Assembly (NCBI GenBank): GCA_045106895.1
Contig: JBGCFM010000287.1
Location: 1-10,987 of the forward strand
DNA from: Polyangiales bacterium
GTDB lineage: Bacteria; Myxococcota_A; Polyangia; Polyangiales; Houyiibacteriaceae
Length of the DNA stretch: 10,987 nucleotides
Reading direction: 5' to 3'
Shown here: positions 6,998-10,987 of the stretch, piece by piece
Layout of the letters: each line of letters starts with the position of its first letter
Numbering within the stretch: position 1 is the stretch's first letter
Position numbers and translations under genes: made by a program
The notes under the pieces: generated by a model
Told to the model about the DNA's origin: nothing
What the model saw: the letters and a program-made list of their open reading frames with translations, nothing else
Database searches by the model: none

Positions 6998-7864
6998 TTA
7001 GCGTCGCTCTTTGGGAATCTTCGCGTCCACGTTCCACGTCTTCGCGCAGAGCTGCGCGAACTCGATGGCCCGGTTGCGTCCCAGGTTTCGAAACTCTCGA
7101 AGCTTGATGATCTTGCGGTACTTCTTCGTCGTGTGCGCGTACACGGAGTACACGTGAACCGTGGCGCCGTTTCCTCGGTAACGAAAGTGCTTCACGTCGA
7201 CGAAACGAATGTCTTCGATGGGAATGGTCGAGCGCAGGCCGCCCGGGAAGCCGCGGACCGAACGAAGACCGATGGCGTCGACGATGAGCCGCTGAGGCGC
7301 GACGAAGAAAAGGATAACGGGGACGGCCCACAAGCCGATGCAGGCGTAGAACCAATAGGCGCTCTCGGAGTTGTAGCGGCCATCGGCCACGGCCCCAGCA
7401 CCTTCATTGATGTACGCCTCGGAGATCACGACGGCGAGTCCGATGGCGGCAGCCATAAACCCAAGCGTGAGAAACCAGCGCGTCGGACGGGTCCAGCCTT
7501 TGATCTCTCCCTCGTTCATCAGAGCGCGCTCGACGTCGTCTCCTTTGCGATCCGAGAGGACCATGTCTGTCCCATTCGGCACAGAGTACTGACGACGACG
7601 CCCAAGGACGCGCCCTTGGACGAGGGTGTCGCGGCGAACCCGCATTTGCGCGCCGTCTTGCTTTCGTACGTAGACGTAGTTGGGTGTGACGACGACATCT
7701 TGGGCGACGTCGGCAAAGGGCAGCTCTGTGGTGGAGTGCCACCAGAGCACGAGGCGCTCAAAGAACGTCAGGCCCGAGCGCTCGGCGACGATGATCTCCG
7801 CCGCGCCGCGATACACTCCGGATGTGCCGTTGCTCGGCCACTCTTCAACGCTCTCCCAGCCCAC
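6998..7864 (-). CDS. Hypothetical membrane protein (2 clear TM helices, flanking beta-rich domains, possibly bacterial PH-like)
   Basis: Hydrophobic segments WFLTLGFMAAAIGLAVVI and AYWFYACIGLWAVPVILFFVA followed by RLIVDAIGL...TIPIEDIRFV, a pattern typical of bPH domains; GTG start. Confidence 0.72.
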   Translation of the reverse strand: MGWESVEEWPSNGTSGVYRGAAEIIVAERSGLTFFERLVLWWHSTTELPFADVAQDVVVTPNYVYVRKQDGAQMRVRRDTLVQGRVLGRRRQYSVPNGTDMVLSDRKGDDVERALMNEGEIKGWTRPTRWFLTLGFMAAAIGLAVVISEAYINEGAGAVADGRYNSESAYWFYACIGLWAVPVILFFVAPQRLIVDAIGLRSVRGFPGGLRSTIPIEDIRFVDVKHFRYRGNGATVHVYSVYAHTTKKYRKIIKLREFRNLGRNRAIEFAQLCAKTWNVDAKIPKERR

Positions 7865-8069
7865 AGACTACGACTCTAAACTGGATGATGGATGTTCGCG
7901 AACAAGATCGCGTTACTTTCGCCGCTGCAGTATTCCCGTGCGCCACCTAGACGTGATGAACATACTTGCGACATCCCCCTCTTCCTACCGCGAAACGAAC
8001 CATGCCCCAGTGGCATTCGTTCCTTCTAGTGAGCGCCGTCGGCATCGCCAGCCAGATCTTGATTCAGCG

Positions 8070-8498
8070 TCAGTAGCTATCGACGAAGCAGTACGCTTCG
8101 AGTCCCGCCGCGCGCCGAAGAGACGCGTCTGAATAGGGTCGCCAAGCGTCTGCCTTCGAAAGCAGCTGGAGGGCGTACTCGTCGTCCAGGCAGAAGATGG
8201 GAAGTGGGTACCCGTAGTCGGTGACCCCATCTTCCTTGGAGCCGTATCCAACGTAGCGGATGCGTTGCTTCTCCCAGATGCCGTGGACTTTCACATCGGT
8301 CCGGAAGGGCAGCGCTCTATCAAGCCGCGCGCTGACGACGGCAACGCTCGGCCCGGAGAACGTGATGTCTTTCGCTAAGTACGGACTAAGCTCGCCAGGT
8401 TCAATCGCCCGAGGCGTATCGAGGCCACGTGGCCAACCTTCGCAGGCGAGGTCGACGAACTCCGGCGTGGTCACAAAAAGTAGTCCGAGAGTGCTCAC
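8070..8498 (-). CDS. Hypothetical protein, 142 aa
   Basis: Globular-like composition; fills the gap between neighbouring genes; TGG-TACGCT box 6 nt before the GTG; no recognisable motif. Confidence 0.62.
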   Translation of the reverse strand: MSTLGLLFVTTPEFVDLACEGWPRGLDTPRAIEPGELSPYLAKDITFSGPSVAVVSARLDRALPFRTDVKVHGIWEKQRIRYVGYGSKEDGVTDYGYPLPIFCLDDEYALQLLSKADAWRPYSDASLRRAAGLEAYCFVDSY

Positions 8499-8521
8499 GC
8501 GCTTAGCGTACCATCTCGCTT
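8499..8521. promoter_or_regulatory. Compact bidirectional promoter: overlapping -10 hexamers TACCAT (+, 8509-8514) and TACGCT (-, 8505-8510)
   Basis: Only 23 nt separate the divergent start codons; the two hexamers share the central TA and lie 7 nt and 6 nt from their respective start codons. Confidence 0.65.
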
Positions 8522-9520
8522 ATGAGCGACGGCGTCCTGCAGTGCATTCAGTCGAACGATGAACTCGGCGCCGTAGAGCTCTTTCGCAGCTCGAAGCTCG
8601 ACCAAGATACGGTCCGCCGAGTGTTCGATGCGGCGACGTCCAAACACATGGCGGTCCTTGCGCATCTAAGCCTCGAAGCCGGCGTCGCACCGACCATCGA
8701 CCGCCTGAAACACGCTTTGAGTTCAAAGAGTGAGCCCATCGCGATGCAGCTGTGGTGGCGAAGCGAGCGAAACCTGAATACTCGTCGGCGCTACGTCCGT
8801 CTTGCCATCGAGATGAACATGGCCCAGGTCGCTGCGAACATTTTCGAAATGCATAGCGGTCTCTATCAGGTCGTCTGCCTCTTCGAGAGTGATGAAATCG
8901 ACGCTCTGTTGCGGGACCCCACTGTGCAAAACCACGACAATCTCCGCTACTGCATTGAGAGCGAAAAGAAACGTCATCGGTATTCTGCGGAGCGTACGTC
9001 ACTCCTGGAATGGGCGGAGGGCCGCGAAATGCCTGAGGGGCTCGTTGGGCGGTTTCGAACATGCCTCCTCGACGCGGACGTCGTCGCGATGGAGCAGCTG
9101 CTCGCAGACGGACTCGACGCAAACGCGAGCCGAGATGGCGCGTCGCTATTGATGCGAGCCGTCGAGTCTGAAAGCGCGGAGATCGTCGCTGCACTTCTCC
9201 GGGCTGGCGCGGACCCGAATCTTCACGCGTGGTATTGTCTGCCCTTTGCCGCCGAGCGCCGAAACTACGAGGTCGTCCGCGAGCTCCTAGACGGTGGCGC
9301 CGACGTCAACGCACAAGACTGGGACGGGAACACCGCCCTTCACCACAGTGCGCGCCCGCATAACGACGCTGGAGTCTGCCTCTTACTTCTGACGCGCGGA
9401 GCGAAGCCGAACTTGCGCAACGCACGAGGGGCAACCGCGCTGAACAAGGCGAGCCGAGTCCACGAAGCGTTGATTCGCGATCACGGAGGGAAGCGCGCAC
9501 ACGAACTTGACGGTGAGTAG
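8522..9520 (+). CDS. Ankyrin repeat protein with an unknown helical N-terminal region
   Basis: Ankyrin repeats: DGASLLMRAVESESAEIVAALLRAGADPN, LPFAAERRNYEVVRELLDGGADVNAQDWDGNTALHHSA, LLLTRGAKPNLRNARGATAL. Confidence 0.93.
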   Translation: MSDGVLQCIQSNDELGAVELFRSSKLDQDTVRRVFDAATSKHMAVLAHLSLEAGVAPTIDRLKHALSSKSEPIAMQLWWRSERNLNTRRRYVRLAIEMNMAQVAANIFEMHSGLYQVVCLFESDEIDALLRDPTVQNHDNLRYCIESEKKRHRYSAERTSLLEWAEGREMPEGLVGRFRTCLLDADVVAMEQLLADGLDANASRDGASLLMRAVESESAEIVAALLRAGADPNLHAWYCLPFAAERRNYEVVRELLDGGADVNAQDWDGNTALHHSARPHNDAGVCLLLLTRGAKPNLRNARGATALNKASRVHEALIRDHGGKRAHELDGE

Positions 9521-9604
9521 CCGGCGGGCGCTCGCCGATGGTCCACGACTTCGCGCACGAACACTTCGCACCTTGCTCTTCCCTGCGACCCGTTGGAATA
9601 GAGA

Positions 9605-10222
9605 GTGGCCATGGGCGCGTTGGCCGGGTATGGCTCAGAAGCAATGAAGGGCGGAATTGTCGACTACGTGCTCGGTCTCGGAGCCCTCCTCGCCTTCGTC
9701 GCGCTGCTCTCCTACTTTTGGGAGCAGCTAAAAGCGCGGAGCCACAAGACAGGCGCTTGGGGCTACACGCCGGTAACACGTGTTGTGGAAGACGCCGCCT
9801 ATCGCTCTGCATCGCTCCAGGACACGACGCCCAACGGCGCGCCGAGCAGCGTGGTGAGCATGAGCCTGATTTGCCTGCTCATCGCGTTCATTCACCTGGG
9901 CATCAGCGCCGTCGGCCTAGTGCTCGAGTTCGATAGTGGTCGCCCTGCACCCTTGCACCTGCTCTTCTTTGCTTCGATGAGCGTCGCCGGCGTCGCGCTC
10001 TTTCTGGTGACCCGCCGTTTCATGGGCCACGAGCGTATTCCTGGTGGACTCATCGCCTTGGTCTTGCCCCTGCTAAGCGCGTCGAGCGCCATCACCATCA
10101 TGAAGGCCATCGGCGATGGCGGCGGGCGCTTCGTTTTTGCCGCCATCTTCTACGGCATGTCGTGGTTCGTCGTGTTGGCGATGTGGCTCAGCCCGTTTCG
10201 CGCCCAGTCCGAGCGCTCGTAG
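9605..10222 (+). CDS. Hypothetical integral membrane protein (about 5 TM helices)
   Basis: Five hydrophobic stretches; start uncertain (9605, 9611 or 9644). Confidence 0.72.
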   Translation: MAMGALAGYGSEAMKGGIVDYVLGLGALLAFVALLSYFWEQLKARSHKTGAWGYTPVTRVVEDAAYRSASLQDTTPNGAPSSVVSMSLICLLIAFIHLGISAVGLVLEFDSGRPAPLHLLFFASMSVAGVALFLVTRRFMGHERIPGGLIALVLPLLSASSAITIMKAIGDGGGRFVFAAIFYGMSWFVVLAMWLSPFRAQSERS

Positions 10223-10851
10223 CGTCGCTGCCCCGTGAGCTCCATCGGGTTTCCGTCGAACGTGTAGTCATGGTCGCGGAGCCAGGTATGGCAGGCAGTC
10301 TCGGGATGGTGGAAGTGCATCGCGACGTCGTCACAGAAGTGCATCGCCTCGAAGGCTCGTTCGAGGAATCCACTCTCACGAGGCACGATGCCCGCCGCAT
10401 CGGCGCAGTCCCACATGTCGCCCCAATACCGGTCCTCCATGGACTCATAAAGACGTCCCAGCTGCTCCGCGGCGGACATCGCGTAGCGCGCGTCGCCCAT
10501 CATCATCAGTGTAACGTAGCGGCTCTGAGCTCGAGTAAAGTGCACGAGCGCCTCGTCGATGGAAGCCTGGAATCGCTCGAGCTGCTCGCCGAAGTGTTCG
10601 GCACAGCGCTGTAGGTCGGGCTCTGTTGTTGGTACCGCCTCGCTCAGACGATGCTGAGCGCGGCCCGCCATGAATGCGGCGGCGGCTGTGGGGTTCACGA
10701 TGGGTACTGGCGGATAGGTCAGGCTCTCGAAGAGTGGGTAGACGGGCTGCGTCGGGCCCTTGTAGAGGCGGAGCGTTCCAATGAAGGGACTTGCCGAGGC
10801 GGGCCCCACGGGAACGACGAGGAGCGCCAGGATGAGCGTCGTGAGTCGCAT
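10150..10851 (-). CDS. Secreted helical protein resembling the C-terminal region of myxobacterial AgmK/GltI-type TPR proteins
   Basis: Sec signal MRLTTLILALLVVPVGPASA (AxA cleavage site); motif AQSRY...GDARYAMSAAEQLGRLYE...LERAFEAMHFC...CHTWL. The family resemblance is from memory, not from a search. Confidence 0.65.
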   Translation of the reverse strand: MRLTTLILALLVVPVGPASASPFIGTLRLYKGPTQPVYPLFESLTYPPVPIVNPTAAAAFMAGRAQHRLSEAVPTTEPDLQRCAEHFGEQLERFQASIDEALVHFTRAQSRYVTLMMMGDARYAMSAAEQLGRLYESMEDRYWGDMWDCADAAGIVPRESGFLERAFEAMHFCDDVAMHFHHPETACHTWLRDHDYTFDGNPMELTGQRRYERSDWARNGLSHIANTTNHDMP

Positions 10852-10907
10852 GCAGGACGGAGTCCCGAGTGGGGAAGAGCTTGGGCGCTATCTGCGGAGC
10901 GCCCACG

Positions 10908-10939
10908 AAAAAGGACCGCCGAATGATGGGCGGTCCTTT
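10908..10939 (-). terminator. Intrinsic terminator (11-bp stem), strongest on the minus strand
   Basis: AAAGGACCGCC (10910-10920) and GGCGGTCCTTT (10929-10939) form a perfect inverted repeat; the minus-strand RNA ends in a U5 tract. Likely terminates a transcript entering from beyond the right edge. Confidence 0.8.
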
Positions 10940-10987
10940 GACAGTGGGCGTTTACACGCCGCTAAACGTGCGAGCCTAGATAAGCGG

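Noticed and set aside
5832..7879. Long plus-strand ORFs (379 aa and 303 aa)
   Set aside because: Antisense shadows of real minus-strand genes, expected in high-GC DNA; the internal repetition merely mirrors the duplication.
10940..10987. Possible tRNA or ncRNA end next to the terminator
   Set aside because: No T-loop, acceptor stem or CCA pattern; only a short GGCGT/ACGCC hairpin, and the sequence is cut off by the window edge.

Overview
GC-rich (by eye roughly 60-65%) bacterial chromosomal segment with about 13 densely packed CDSs on mixed strands. The protein styles (many Cys-rich lipoproteins, DAG-type linkers, an AgmK/GltI-like helical domain, AgmX/TonB-C-like domains) suggest Myxococcota, probably Polyangia; this is inference. 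Recognisable genes are an EEP-family phosphodiesterase lipoprotein, a barstar-domain fusion protein, phosphatidylserine decarboxylase (psd), a YD-repeat lipoprotein and an ankyrin-repeat protein. The rest are hypothetical proteins, including two tandem paralog pairs. No rRNA, tRNA, CRISPR array, transposase or integrase is visible. The most notable signals are: (i) a tandem pair with a conserved degenerate cold-shock/OB-like N-domain and a divergent C-domain; (ii) TAnnnT -10 boxes 6-8 nt before start codons lacking SD sequences, including a 23-bp bidirectional promoter, suggesting leaderless expression; (iii) an orphan barstar fusion and a toxin-less YD protein, hinting at an immunity/conflict-type accessory region; (iv) two paralogous modular lipoproteins. 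No complete novel system can be proven from sequence alone.
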